Origin: Camelus dromedarius
Lineage: Eukaryota
NCBI RefSeq assembly: GCF_036321535.1
Contig: NC_087437.1
Coordinates: 73,224,001-73,288,000, forward strand
Length of the DNA stretch: 64,000 nt
Reading direction: 5' to 3'
Below the pieces are notes generated by a model. It was not told where the DNA came from. It searched no databases and worked only from the letters and a program-made list of their open reading frames with translations. Positions 11,993 through 26,090 of the stretch are shown piece after piece. How positions within the stretch are numbered: position 1 is the stretch's first letter; every line of letters begins with the position of its first letter. A program made the translations under genes and the position numbers.

Positions 11993-14056
11993 TGTGGTGC
12001 AGACAGATTAGTCCTTCTTTCAACTCACATCCATTTATCCCTGGCCACACAGCTAGACTACGTTTTCTACCTTAACTTGCAATTAGATGTGGCCTTTGAT
12101 GAGTTCTAGCCAACAGAACGTAGATGGTGTGAGTCCATTCCAGGCAGTCTGAGACCTGGTACAGAAAATCCAGCCGTGGACTCGAGACTTAGGAGATGAC
12201 GGGGCCGCAGGAGTCAGGGAGCTGGGGTCCTGAGTGTCTGTGCAGACAGGAGTCCTGCTCTACCCTGGCTGCCAGTTAGACTTTACATAAGGAAGGAGTA
12301 AGCTTCTGATGTGTTAGCCACTGATATTTTGGGGTTACTGGTCCTAGCAGTCAGTCTTCTCTGTCTTATGCAGAAATTAGGATAGAAACCAGGCTGCTGG
12401 CTTACTGAAAGCCTAAAATGTGTGGTATTGTTTTAGCGGTAAGATAGCAGACAGTGAGGATGTAAAGACGGCAAGCGGAGAGAGCTGGAGAGCCTTGATG
12501 ATCCCTGGCCAAACATTTCACGTGAGTGTCATCTGCAATAACTTAACAAAAGGACCACATGCTTCCGAGCCTGAAGCTGTGAGGGAAGTGGTTAGAAAGA
12601 GGTAGAGTGAAAAGCATGCTGCTTACTTTAAATGCCTTTAGTGCAGGAGCTTAGAAAAGAAAGGAGTGTTTTTCATGCAGAGGTTGAAAGAAAAAAGTCA
12701 AGATCGAGAATGTTATAAATTTAGAAGAGCCAACTACTGCTGGACTCCAAATAGTAAGAGAGAAGACTGGAAAAGGTCCTGAGCTCCAAAGATCCACTAA
12801 GACTCTTGCTGACACACAGTGACTTTGTAGCAAAGATCAGGGTAAGGAGGACATCCCGGCATCCAAGCCTGTTGTTTCAGTGAGCCTAAGTTAGCTGCCA
12901 GGAGGCTGAGAGAGGGATACATGGAGATGAAAGGGAAGAGAAAAAAAATCAGGCTTGAGAATTATGTCCAGGAAAGAACTTCAGTGTGGTTACTGATTAG
13001 AAGCAAATAGGTCAGAAGCCCGGTGAGTCTTTGAGGAAGTTATATTGCCAAACTAATCACAAGCTTGCTCTAACGAGGCTTCCGATTGTTTAAGGCTTAA
13101 GATGATTCTTGAGCCCCTAAATGTGCACGAGCAGGAAGCAGGCTGGGGAGAATTATTCCCACATGCCCACTTCAGATGTGACCCTGGAGGAAAACAGAGA
13201 AGGAAGAAACTCCCAGAGGGTGGCACAAGGGTCATGGGCACAGAGGGACAGGGGAGTTCCTCCCAGAGCCAACTCTGGGTCTGACCAAGCCACCTCCTCT
13301 GCTGCCAGGCAAAGGCTGTTCAAAACGCGCAGCCAGGATGGTTTCAGAAGCATGCTCTGTCTCCCATTCTGCCCTTCTCCAAATAAGTGTTTTAAACTGT
13401 ATATTGCTTGACCATCGTCTGTTGAGGGGAAAAGAGGTAGTGTGGAGGGGTGAAGAGTGGGAACTGATAACTTATTTTTTCACTACACAGGTCACCAGAG
13501 GCTCCACCTCAAGCCTGATGAGGGCCGTGAATTGCCCAGAGATCCTGGACTTGGAGCTGGATGTAGGAATTACTGGGACTTAGACCTGTCTCCCTTGGGT
13601 AGGGGAACAACGGGTTCTGAACTTGGAAGGAAGGGTGAAATTAATATCTAGTGACCAGAAGAGCAGACTGTGGCACAGACTGTCTAGTCACAAAACCCAT
13701 TTTCCTCCTGCGCTCTCAACCAAACTACTTCTCTGGCCTCTTTTGCATGTGGTCAAATTCTGGCCATCAGGAATATGGGGGAAAGCGATGTGCCCACTTC
13801 CAGGTCTGGCCCTTAAGTAGTCTAAATGTGCCAGTCTCACCCTTTCCCCTCTTTTGCTAGCTGCAGGCAGGGGATTCAATCGAGGACTCCAGGAATGGCA
13901 AGAAGGCAGGCTCCTAGGTCCTTATGGGCAGAAGCTCCACTCCCACCGCATCCATCCACACTGACTGGCCTTGCTGTGAGAACACTAAACCTCTATGAAA
14001 AGCCAATGAAATCTGCGGGTTGTTTCTTCCAGCACAAGCCTTCCCTTATGGATACA
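11993..14056 (+). mobile_element. MLT1J-like MaLR with both LTRs (11993-12372 and 13669-14056) and ~1.3 kb internal region
   Basis: Two homologous TG...CA LTRs (tgtgg..cagac, ttctagccaacagaa/ttctggccatcaggaa, agccactgatatttt/agccaatgaaatct); internal region starts gaaattagg; purine-rich tract before the 3' LTR. Confidence 0.8.
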
Positions 14057-14219
14057 GGTGAACAGCATGCCAGTCACTCATCTTAAAGCATCTCTAATTG
14101 AAGGAGAAACCTGACAGTTCATTAGCTCCCAGAAACATGGACTTCTGAAAATGGACATCTGTTCTTCCTTTTTTTCTGTGTATCACACACTGAGTCACAT
14201 GACAGGAAGTATCCTATCG

Positions 14220-14680
14220 TGAAATAAAGACAACCTGACTTTAAATCCAAGATCTGTCACAGATTAGCAACTTGTTCTTGGGAAGGCCATTTAACAGCCT
14301 TAAACTAGTTACCTTACAGAGTTGTCACGAAGTGGAAATGAGGAAGTGGGAAAGTATTTAGCATAATTCCTGGCACATGGTAAGTACTCGATAAAGCATT
14401 AGTTTCTTCTCTTCTTTCTGTAACAATAAGCAACGTGATCGAGCGCTTACTATGTGGAAGGTACTCTAAGTGATTGTCTGTCTATCTGTCAACCTACCTA
14501 TAATCTCCTTTAATCCCACAACGATTTTATGATGTTGGTACTACTTTTATCCAAATTTCACTCACGATGCATGTAAGGCACAGGGAGACTAGGGGCTGCC
14601 CAAAGGCATACGATCAGTAAATGGACTGAAATACGGGGGTCTGACTCCAGAGCCCTCTTTCCTACTACCAGTCCTATAAT
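14220..14680. mobile_element. Two MIR remnants in opposite orientation
   Basis: agtatttagcataattcctggcacatggtaagtactcgataaa (plus); gagcgcttactatgtgg...tttaatcccacaac (minus). Confidence 0.7.
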
Positions 14681-15411
14681 GCTACTGCCCACCATCATTC
14701 TGACTGGCAACATGGAGAGAGAGCACCCTTCCCAGCTTCTGTAAACGCACAGGAGTCTCCTGCCAGGGAGCCCAGGAGCACGTCTCCTGCACTGAATCCT
14801 CTGATCTGCTTGGGTCTCACCTTATTTCCTTGTCTATGCGCACCCCCCCCTACTTAACATATCACGTACCCAGATCCTTACTGCTGGAACTACATAGCCA
14901 CTTACCCAACAGAGTCTGAAACTTAAATGTCTCCATCATCAGTCACCCATTTGGCAAACCCCGAAGTGGAGGGCACCTTCTGGAGTGCAGGATACCCAGA
15001 GCAGCAGATTCATCTATGAGCTGAAAGCTTGCACCAAGCATTCAGGGACACAGCTTTACCTGGTCAATGACATGGAGCCCACACGTCTAATCGATAGGTT
15101 TCCAGGTGTCAGCCTGCTTAGGAGAAACGTGTCCTCTCCTCTCTTGCTGCTTCTGTTCTTTCAGTAGCCGTAACCTTACTATGGTACCACTGTCAACACC
15201 AAAAGAAAGCTTATTAAGTCTTAACTTTTTGTTATTTTATTTTCTGTCTTGGTTTCAACTCAAAATCATCTTTCAACTAAATGGTTTTCTTAGTATAAAA
15301 GTCAGTAGCAAAAAAAAAAAGTCAGTAGCATCAGGGGCAAAGCTTAGGTGAATGTAACAGATTCAGTTAAACTGCTATTTCAAACTTCAGGATATATTAT
15401 GGAAAATTCCC

Positions 15412-15414
<3 letters not shown>

Positions 15415-15471
<57 letters not shown>
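15415..15471. repeat. (CA)n microsatellite, ~28 units
   Basis: Directly visible. Confidence 0.98.
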
Positions 15472-15474
<3 letters not shown>

Positions 15475-17189
15475 GTGTTTTATATCTATCTTGCTCCCCA
15501 GAGTGATTTTAAATGTATAATTCAAATTTTTAAATGATTTGATATGTTTCTCTGCCTTTGCCTTAAGAAAGTTCTTTTTCAAGTTTCTCAAAAGTGGTTG
15601 CTAACATACAGTGATGGTTGGATTTGTTTGAGCATTTGGTAGGTGACTGCTTAATTTGCAGTGTTCACCAGTGCCTCCTAGAAGTGAATCAAAGAGCAGT
15701 AGTCTGTTCTGTCAACTCCTGAAGAGTTACAAGTTAGTATTCTGGGGGAAATTTGGCCCCTGCTCTTTAAAGGAAGGTGAAAGAAACACATTAACTAGGC
15801 AGGGGAGAAGACATCCTGTTTGTATATGGAATCAGCATCAGTGGCCCTCCAATCATTGTCACCACAGAAAGGTATTTTATAAAACACTAGTGGCTTCTGG
15901 AAAAGCCACTCAAGACTCAGGCCATGGGTGATTTTTGCCCCTACAAAGATGACAGTAAGATACCAGAATGGTAACTGGTGGGAAAGCTTTAAAAAGAAGC
16001 CCCTGACTTAAGAGATAGGAAAATGATATGTATTTGAAAGCCAGTGCTAAATAGGCAGAACTTAGTTGGTAGAGTTATAAAGTAGCTCTTTTTCTCCAAT
16101 TATCTCCTTAAAATGTTTCATATGCAAGATGGGAGGATGCTCTTTTCTGTGCCCATCAATGAAAACTCAAAGAGTTCCATGACTTTCACTTTTAGGTATA
16201 ATTCTACAAGCACCCTAAATCTCCAAACCTAATCTTGATGCTGTATTAAATATGTTTAGTTCTACATTATCAGAATTCCAGACGTGACTTGTTAAGTCTT
16301 CTTCCCAGCTGCAAGCCGGGAGCTGGAGAAACGAGATCATGATCCTCCTTTTCTCTTTTCCTGTGCTATGGCTTTCATCCCTCCTCCTCCTTTTACTAAC
16401 AGTGGTTTCTAGCCCTCCAGGGTTAAACCTGAGGGAGGAAGGAGGCGCTCAAAGATGTTCTGTTTGGATTGGTACTGTTATAAGATGCCTTCATTGTTTC
16501 AGAGCCTGACAGGGGACATATTACCTAACAGAAATTTTCTTGGCTTCTCCAGAGACCAGCCCATCACCAGTGTTGGAGATTACTAACGTGTAATTTCCAT
16601 AAAGTGGGCGATTCATTATTTCTGATGGCATTACTTACTACAGTCCCTAGGAATCCAGAAGTATGCTGAACTTCTGTCCGTTAGCGCTGTACTGAACAGG
16701 GCCTCGTGGAACCCATGCTGGCTCTCTTTTGCGTGTGGACCACAGGAAACAATTATCTGCTCTTGTCCTCACAAGCTCTGGGAGTGTAGGCTGTCCTAGT
16801 GCAGCCACCTTAACTTGAGCTCATCTGTCAGGATCTAGACTGTCCCTCTCTCTCAGTTTTTCAGGTGAGAATCAGATGCAAGAGCACTGTCCTTCCACTA
16901 GAGGGGACACACATCAAATTCTTCCAGTGGTCCTCTAGAAGCCCTTTCTTCTTGGCTCTTTTCCTTGAGAAAGGACAGGACCCACAGTAGAGGTCTCTTC
17001 GAAAAGAAATCCTTCCAGGAAGCCCCACAGCCCTGATCACCAACACCTGGCACTTTACGCCTGCACCGTGGATGAGGGGCTTAAAAGTTGTAAAACTGTG
17101 CTTTTGAAATCACCTGGAAATTTTGCAGCCTGGTCCAGAATCTCACTTTGGAATGTCATACTCATTACATCTTGGTGCTTCATGGGAAC

Positions 17190-17204
17190 TTCCCATTTAA
17201 TCTT

Positions 17205-17240
<36 letters not shown>

Positions 17241-17650
17241 AGATTCATATGTATATATATATGAAAATTTGGAACTTACAGGATCACCTGATGAAGAAAA
17301 CAAGTCACTGATAATTTCACTTCCAAATATAATTACTGTTAGCATTTGGGGGAATATTTGTTCTGCCTCTGCCTTGAAACAAATTTAAAAATATGTACTT
17401 TTGGAAGATGGGGTTATACTGTCCATACTATTTGTAAACTCTTCTTTTTTTCCTAATACATTTTGAACAGCTTTCTCAGTCAATAAATGTACTTCTACAT
17501 CTTTTTAGATGGCTGTTCTAGATATCACCTTTGGACATACACTGTCGATTCAACAAACTATTTACTGTTAGGTGGTTTTGCAATGATTCCATTACATAAA
17601 ACACACTCTCATGAACTTCTCTGTGGACAAATTTTTGTGTTCATAATAAA
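17190..17650 (-). mobile_element. L1ME-type 3' fragment containing (TA)n at ~17213-17240
   Basis: aaataattactgttagcatttgg-like and gggttatactgtccatactatttgtaaac motifs. Confidence 0.6.
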
Positions 17651-17879
17651 ATACAAATAATAAAATTAGGAATATAAATAATAGTAAAAGTTACAATTAA
17701 AATATTAATCCCCACCCACTCAAGAGTAGTATTTCAAGCTGTAATCAGCAATTACTAAATTCACACCACTGTGAATTAAGAGTCTAGAAGATTTTGATTG
17801 AATGTCTCATGGAGAAATGCCAAAACCCACAAAGTGGATTTCAGAGGATTAGAAACAAATTTTACCCATATTCACAATT

Positions 17880-18630
17880 TTTCTTCCTTAAAGCCAGCCC
17901 TTATTCTCACCATATGTCTAAGAATGTCACTAAATATTAATTCTACTTTGGAAATATTTCCTGGACACAGCCCTCTCCTCCGCCTCCACTCCCACTACTT
18001 TAATGCATGCCGCCACCATTTTTCACCTAAATTGCTATCATCACCCTCATGGCCTCTCATCCTTCATCCACGCTGACACCACAGTGGACTCCCTTAAAAC
18101 ACGTCAGTTCTTATATTACTTCTGGATTTAGGTTCTCTGAGGCTTTCGATGGCTTAAGGCAAGTCTAATTGCACCGCACGGCAGTTCAAGGCATTCTCAA
18201 AGAACCTCATCCTCACCTCCAGGCGCAGACCTCACTCTTGTTGCCCCTGCCCTGCACTTTACACTTTTAGCCACACTCAGCGTCTCACTGGTCCTGAGAT
18301 ACACTGAGCTTTCTCTAATGGTTTCTGTGCATATGCTCCTTCCTTTGTGTGGAGAGTCCTAACCTTTCCTTCAGTCCTTTTTCAAACCAGATGCTACCAT
18401 CTGCTCTGTTTTCCAGAAACGTCTAGGTGGTATCCATGGCTCCCTCTTCTGGTAGCTCTCGGTATGTAAGGTTTCTCTGTTTCATCCTTGCCTTTATCCG
18501 CGGTGTTGATTTTTACCTGATAGCCTGACTCATTAGACTGGGAGGTGATGGAGGACAGAGACTTGGTCTCTCTCTCCTGCCTCCCAACTAGTAAACATTT
18601 AGAATATGCTCAGTAAGACAGAATGATCAT
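17880..18630 (+). mobile_element. L2 remnant
   Basis: Pyrimidine-rich L2 body ending agactgggaggtgatggaggacagagac...tgctcagtaa. Confidence 0.6.
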
Positions 18631-21047
18631 TTAGAAATCTTTTTCATACTAGTAAAGTGCTTCTTAACTGTTCCATAACATAACGTAGAAATCAGTATTC
18701 CTTTCTCCCTATCTTTTATAGCTAAAAAAAAAAATAAAGCTGAGAGAGGGGAGTCACAACCTCAAGGTGACGCAAAGGAGTATCTGACTCAGGGGGCTGG
18801 AATACAGCCCTGTTCTCTGGCTCACCAGGCGATAGGACAGCAGGTCCACCTTCATCCAACAGGGTACATTACAGAAAACCACAGATTTTTCAGGCTAAAA
18901 CTGAGGCCTCACAATTTTGAAATATATTTCTCTGCTCCCTGTGCTGGTTGTGTAAATGGATAACATACATAATACGTCTAAAATCCAAGCCCAGATAAGC
19001 ATTTCTGGGCTGCATAGAATAAGTGCTCCAGCCCCAGTAAACATGGTTTTTAAAGCATGCACTCAATGATAGATTTATATTAGAATAAAAAGACAGAGAA
19101 CAGCATGTGAAACACTTCATTACTTTTTACATTTCTATGAAGCCTAGGGTAGAGGCAAGTATTAAAATAACAAGATCGAAAAGTGGCTGGTATAAAGGTC
19201 TTCAGCACTTCTCATCTGACATTTTTAAAGGCACTTATTAATGCAAAAACCCTGAGGCTTTCATCCTGCACACGGAGAAACTGAATCTCTGAGGCGTAGA
19301 CAGACAGGAAAGGAAGTCGGCCCCACTTGAGATGTTCAATAGAAGAGGGTGAAAGAGGCTGCAGCTTCAACTCCCTCAGTGTCCTTCATCCACCCCCATC
19401 CATCACCACTGTCCCAAAAGTCAAGCTGAAAAATGTGGTTTCAGTCCTCACCCGAATGGAATGCTAGCTTTACCAAACTCCCCAGGCCGCCCTGCCCCTG
19501 CCTGGCACCCCTACAGGCTGCTGGGCAGTGCCGTCAACCCACTGCTAACGGAGTTACACGATAAAAGTCTGTCACTGATCTAAGGGCCAAAATGGGCAGT
19601 CAACCCGGCGCTCTGGAATTTTGACACTGTATGAGAAATCTCTTTATAGAAGCCAATCAGTTCTCTTTTTCAAAGTCAGTGGAAACCAAGAGTCTCTGCC
19701 ATTTGAAAGAATTCTGCCCAGTGTCCAGAAGTAAGACATAAGAGACTGCTTTATTGCATTATTCCTGCTGGCCCCATATTCTAGAATGCTGTTGTCTGTT
19801 TTATTACAGTCTCAACACACTGTAACACCATGTAATAGACTCAGGGTCTGTGGTGCACACTGGAAGCCACGTTCCATTCTGCTCCTCTCATCCTTGCCTC
19901 TTCAGACAACTGGAGATTGGACCAGAGTTGCCAAAGCTCCTTTCCTTCCTGAAAAGTGCTTCTTCACTCTTCCTGAGACTTCTGTCCCTTTGTTTATTCT
20001 GGACAACTATTAAACTTCCCTCCCTCATTATCCATTCTAACCTCAGCCTCTGAGCACTTGAAGCCCTCATCGTGCTGGCATGAGAAAGGCCCTGGAGAGC
20101 CCACTAGAGAGATCACAGCCCTTCTTATCAGCACCCACACCAGCCCAGACTACCTCCCCACACTGGGGGTGACAAAAAAAAGAGAACTAGGTGGAGGTAA
20201 AAAGTCTCTACTCATAGGGTAGAAGAACATTTCAGAGATGGTTGAAATGCCAGTTGATACTTCAAGGAGCCACATCAAGAATACGACAATTCATCTGGAA
20301 GATTCTTTACCCCCTCGATACAACACTGGTCCTCATTTTACAGGCTTGTGCCTTTGAAAGCACTCCTACATCTCTGTAGCTCAGTACAACAAACATTCCT
20401 GTGGCCCAAATCATCCCGCTCTCCTCCTGCACTCCTGGTCACATTTGCAGAGCCAAGGAGTCACAGCGCCTAATGGTAATCCAGAGATCATCTCATAAAA
20501 AGCCCCCATACCAATTCCCTCCATTTTACAAAAGGAGACACTGAGTCAGAAAAAGAGATTTGTCTAAGTTAGAAGGGGAGGTAACATTGATTAGCATTGT
20601 GGGCCCCTGACTACTAAGCCACTGCTCTTTTCACCATTCCATGCAAATCATATTCAAGCCGCTAAAGATCAGGGTGCTCTCTCATCAAGGCAGAACTGGA
20701 TGCCCAGCACAGGGCTCTGTACTCAGCAGTCACTAATAAACAGGTGACACTCCAAACAGCACACGTTTCCTGGAGAAGGAAGGCCCGAGGCAGTGGTTTT
20801 TGCTTTTCGTTTCTTTTCTTTTTCTAACAATGGATTCTCTTCTGCCTCAAGACCTTGGAGGAGTCTCTGCTTCTAACATCAGAGCAGAGACATCTTTAAG
20901 AGTGTTGGTGTGACAGCAGTATCCAAATTTGGAATCTGGAAACTCAACAGCACACCTGAGGCACAAAGCAGCTTGAGGGAATTTAAACCCCTAGGACTTC
21001 AAACCCCTAGGACTTCCACAACAATCAACTCTCGGGGGTCCTCAGAG

Positions 21048-21580
21048 ACGAGGGGATGACTGTAACATAAAACCCCTGGTTTTTAGCAAACATAGTGAAA
21101 CTTGTTTAAGTGAATTAGGTTTTTTTTTGACCTCAAGTAGTCACTCTGTAAGAAAGTATAATTTATCCTTACCCAAGCCATTTCACAAAATATTTTCAAG
21201 CTTCTCTTTGGAAACTGTCATCAAAGCCTGTTCAGCAGTCTCTTGAATGTCTTTGGTGTTAATAGATGCTTTTCCTCAACGTGGATTTGGATATTAGAAA
21301 TAGCCAAACTTTACACTCCTAGTTAATTAAAAGGAACAAGGCAGATAAAATTATATATATATATATTTTTTTAATTGTGTAGATAATGACATCAATTTTC
21401 TAGGTTGTTTTGAAGGTGTTTCCAAAAATGTCATTTCAAAAATAATTCAAGGAATGTCAATGTCATTGAAACAAGAATACAACCTTTCCAAGTGATTAAA
21501 GCAAAGTCAACATTCATTCCTTCAAATAAGTTTTGGTATTGTGGCTCTAAGACCAGCCACTTGTATGACACACTCCCACA
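21048..21580. mobile_element. MARNA (ancient non-autonomous mariner)
   Basis: acgaggggatgactgtaac start; aagtagtcact, tctttggaaactgtcatcaaagcctg and gtggatttgg...aaatagccaaa match remembered MARNA consensus. Confidence 0.7.
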
Positions 21581-21609
21581 ATGAAATACATGCTGTCATT
21601 TAAATAGAC

Positions 21610-21870
21610 ATTTGAAAACGTGTTTAACAGCTTAGGAAATGCTATGGTTATAATGTTAAATGAAAAAAGCAGGATATAAAATTATATATCAAGGATTATT
21701 ACAACCACATAAAAATGCTCATGGCTAAAAGCCTGGAGGAATAGACACCAATAAGTTAAAAGTGATGGTCTTTGAGTGGTGGAACAGCAAGTGATTATAT
21801 TTTTACTGTTCAGTATTGTCTAAATTTTTTCAATGAACAGGTATAACCTGCATAGTAATGAGAAATGCTT
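21610..21870 (+). mobile_element. L1ME3/4-type 3' end
   Basis: ataatgttaaatgaaaaaagcaggatataaaatt...gtggtggaacagcaagtgatt. Confidence 0.7.
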
Positions 21871-22904
21871 TCTTCTCTGTCTTAAAAAAACTCAATTCTG
21901 TGTAAGCATTTTCTCATAACCAGTGAAACAATTGCTTATATTGTCTTCAAACTATGATTACATCCCTGCATGGTGCCTCATCTGTAACATAAGGTAGTTG
22001 GGTGGTTACCACCACTCTAAAGGCTTTAGAAAAGATCAAAATGCAGCAACCACAGATGCTAAGATTAAACGCCCAGAAAAGTCACAGAATAATAAAATAG
22101 TATGATTTAGTTCTTTTAAGGAAAATACTTGGTTTATATATCTTGTACATAATTAGACTAAATTATATAACTACATACTTTAGACCAAGGTGACCATATG
22201 TTCATTTTAGACCAATGTGACCATGAATTCACTAAGACGATTAAACATAATGATACAGCAGCAGAGCTGGACTTTACCTAATGACATGGTAGTTTTAACT
22301 CAGTAACTTGTTGGCATACAACTCAATTCATTCCTTCAGTAGGCATTTATCAAGTCATACAGCATCCAGCACCCAGCACCCAGTACCCAGAGCTCTACGA
22401 GCAACTGTATTTTATAGTTACTTCATTTAATTTTTCACACAATTCTGTATTGATGATACAGCTATTATTAGTGTTCATTACATGGAATTAGAAATAGTTT
22501 TAGGGCTAACTGTTAACACCGTGAGAGGCAGGTGGTCTTAATAGCCAATAAGCTTGCCAAATTAAATTCCCATTATGCAGATTAGGACACTGAGGTTTGG
22601 GAATGTCATATAATTTGTTCATGGTCATAAAGCCAAAAAGTGGTTTGGGACACCCAACTCCTTTTCTATTATATGCTTTTTCTATAATAATACCTGCACT
22701 TGATATCTTTTGACCAATCGAAAGACTGATATCTTTAGACGTGGCTAACAAAAAAAATCGGTTCAATACTCAAGTATCTAAATTTCTAGAGAAAGTAAAA
22801 TTTATAATTAAGAGAGTGATTGTTTACAAAAATACCTATAATTACCATGAAAATTACCATATAAGGATGACTAAATATATTTATAGCTAGGCAATTACAA
22901 ATAA

Positions 22905-25520
22905 AAATCTTCCAAGACTGAACCAGGGAAAAATAGAAAATACGAACAGACCAATTACCAGTAATGAAACTGAATCAGTAATAAAAAAAATTTTTTTAAA
23001 CTCCCAACAAACAAAGGTCCAGGACTAGATGGCTTCACAAGTGATTTCTAACAAATATTTAAGAAAGTTAATACCTAAACTTCTCAAAGTATTACAAAAA
23101 ATTGCAGCAAGAGGAATGCTTCCAAACTCATTCTATGAGGCCAGGATCACCTTGGTATCAAAACTAAACAAAGATACCACAAATAAAGAAAATTACAGGA
23201 CAATATCACTGAAGAACATAGATGCAAATATCCTCAACAAAATATTAGAAAACTGAATCCAACAATACATTAAAAGAATCACACACTACAATCAAGTAGA
23301 ATTTATCCCAGAGATGCAAGCATGTTTCAACATCCACAAATCAATCAATATGACATACCACATTAACAAACTGAAGAATAAAAACCATACAATCATATCA
23401 ATAGATGCAGAAAAAGCTTTGGACAAAATTCAACATCCATTTATGATAAAACCTCTCCAGAAAGTGGGTATGGTGGAAACATACTTCAACATAAAAGAGG
23501 CCATATATGGTAAGCCCACAGCTAACATCATACTCAACAGTGAAAAAGTTGAAAGCATTTCCTCTAAGATCAGGAATAAGACAAGGATGCCCCTTCTCAC
23601 TACTTTTATTCAACATTATTTTGGAAGTCCTAGCTACAGTAATCAGATAAGGAAAAGAAATAAAAGAAGTCAAAACTGGAAGGAAAGAAGCAAACTGTCA
23701 CTGTTTGCAGATGACATGATACTATACATTGAAAATCCTAAAGACACCACCAAAGACTGCTAGAGCGCATCAAAGAATTTGGTAAAGTTGCAGAATACAA
23801 AAGTAATATATAGAAATCTGTTCCATTTCTACCCATTAACAATGAACTACCAGAAAGAGAAATTAAGGAAACAACTTTTACAATCATATCAAAAAGAATA
23901 AAATACCTAAGGACAAATCTATCGAAGAATGTAAAAAACCTGTACTTGGAAAACTATAAGGTGATAAAAGAAAATGAAGACAAAACAAATGTGTGGAAAG
24001 ACATATTGCACTTACAGATTGAAAGAGTTAATATTGGTTAAATGACCATACTACCCAAGGCAATCTATAGATTCAATGCATTCCCTATCAAATTACCAGT
24101 GGCATTTTGCACAGAACTAGAACAAATAATTTTAAAATTTGTATGGAAACAAAAAAGACCCCAAATAGCCAAAACAACCTTGAGAAAGAAGAACAGAGCT
24201 GAAGAAATCATGTCCCCTGACTTCAGACTATACTACAAAGCTACAGTAATCAAAACAGTATGATACTGGAACAAAAACAGACACATAGATCAATGAAATA
24301 CAATAGATAGCCAAGAAATAAATCCAAGCATTTATGGTCGGTTAATCTGCAACAAAGGAGGCAAGAATATACAATGGAGAAAAAGCAGTCTCTTCAATAA
24401 GTAGTGCTAGGAAAACTGGGCAGCTACAAGAGAATGAGATTAGAACATTTCCTTACCCCATATATAAAAATAAATTCAAAATGTATTAAGATCTAAATAT
24501 AAGACTGGAAACCATAAAATTCCTAGAAGAAAACAGGCAGAATACCTTTTGACAAAAATTGTAGCACTATTGTTTTGGAGTTGTCTCCTAAGGCAAAAAA
24601 AAAAAAAAAAAAAAAAGTAAAAATAAACACATGGGACCTAGCTAAACTTAAAAGCTTTTGCACAGCAAGGAAACCATTAAGAAGCTGAAAAGACAACCTA
24701 CTGAATGGGAGAAAATATTTGCAAGTGATATGACCAATAAGGAGTTAATATTCAAAATATATAAACAGTTCATACAACTCAATAAAACAAACAAACAAAC
24801 AAAAACCTGATTTTAAAAAAAGGGCAAAAAACCTGAACTGGTATTTTCCCAAAGAAGACATACAGGCAGCCAACAGGCACGTGAAAAGATGCTAAACATC
24901 CCTAATCATCAGACAAATACAAGTCAAAACCACAATCAGGTATCACCTCACACCTGTCAGTATGGCTATCATCAAAAAGACCATAAGTACCAAATGTTGG
25001 AGAGGATGTGGAGAAAAGAGAACCCTAGTACACTGTTGGTGGGAATGTAAATTGGTGCAGTGACTGTGGAAAGCGGTATGAAGCTTCCTCAAAAAAGTAA
25101 AAATATAACTACCATATGACCCTGCAGTTCCATTCCTGGGTCTGTATCTGAAGAGTACAAAAACACTAGTTTGAAAAGATACATGCACCCCAATGTTCAT
25201 AGCAGCATTATTTAGAATAGTGAAGATACAGAAGCAACTAAGTGTCCATCAACAAACAAACAGATAAAAAAGATGTGGTACACACACACACACACACACA
25301 CACTGGAATACTACTCAGCAATAAAAAAGAATGAAATTATCCCATTTGCAACAACATGGATGGACTTGGAGGGTATTGATGCTTAGCAAAATAAGTCAGA
25401 GAAAGACAAATATGGTATGTTATCACTTATATGTGGCATCTAAAAAATAAAACAAACTAGTGAATATAACAAAAAAGAAACAGACTCAGATACAGAGAAC
25501 TAGTGGTTAACAATGGGCCA
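22905..25520 (+). mobile_element. L1 fragment (artiodactyl-type): RT and C-terminal ORF2 plus partial 3' UTR, decayed
   Basis: ORFs with [54 protein letters not shown]; many stops and frameshifts; no poly(A) tail. Confidence 0.97.
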
Positions 25521-25534
25521 AGGGGGAAAGTGCA

Positions 25535-25922
25535 AAGAAATCAAAGTGCAAGGAGAAAATGAAGAGGGAGCCAGTCATGGGAGTCACAGGAAGGGAGCAC
25601 ATCTGGTAGGGACTGAGAGAAAGACAGCAGCTTGGAAGGCATTCAAGTTCCCAGGGCTTGCCCCAGGATCATTTCTGGTGCTAGGGAGCAACAGTAGAAT
25701 CAGGGTGGGAATACACCGCCTGCCTCATTTACCTGGTACACTCCGTAACCCTCATAGAGGCCCTAGCCAGTTCAGCTCTACTCAAGATTCTTACACAGCG
25801 TATGTCACTCAAAAATATGTATTAAATATCTATTATGTATCAGGCCCTGTACCACATTCTACAAATGCAAGGGTGAATGAACTAGACGTAGTTTTTGCCC
25901 TAATGGAGCTTACATCTAGTGA
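25535..25922 (-). mobile_element. L2 remnants
   Basis: cactcaaaaatatgtattaaatatctattatgtatcaggccctgtacc...gccctaatggagcttacatctagt. Confidence 0.65.
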
Positions 25923-26090
25923 AGTGATTCTTAACCATGACCGCACATTAATATCACCAGCAGGGCTACTTTAAAATGCCAGTGCCTGGGCCTCATCACC
26001 AGAGATTCTGATACAGCTGGCATCAAATGCAGCCCTAGCGTCAGTGTTTTCTAGCTGAAGTTAATATGTAGTCAGGGTTGAGAACCACTG
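25923..26090. mobile_element. MER5A/B hAT-Charlie MITE
   Basis: agtgattcttaacc ... ggttgagaaccactg inverted termini. Confidence 0.8.

Noticed and set aside
16895..16910. CTCF-like motif CCACTAGAGGGGAC (also weak ones near 34890 and 55028)
   Set aside because: Mismatches in core positions; not supportable without PWM scoring or ChIP
23029..24263. Reverse-transcriptase ORFs as a novel RT system
   Set aside because: Ordinary decayed LINE-1 ORF2
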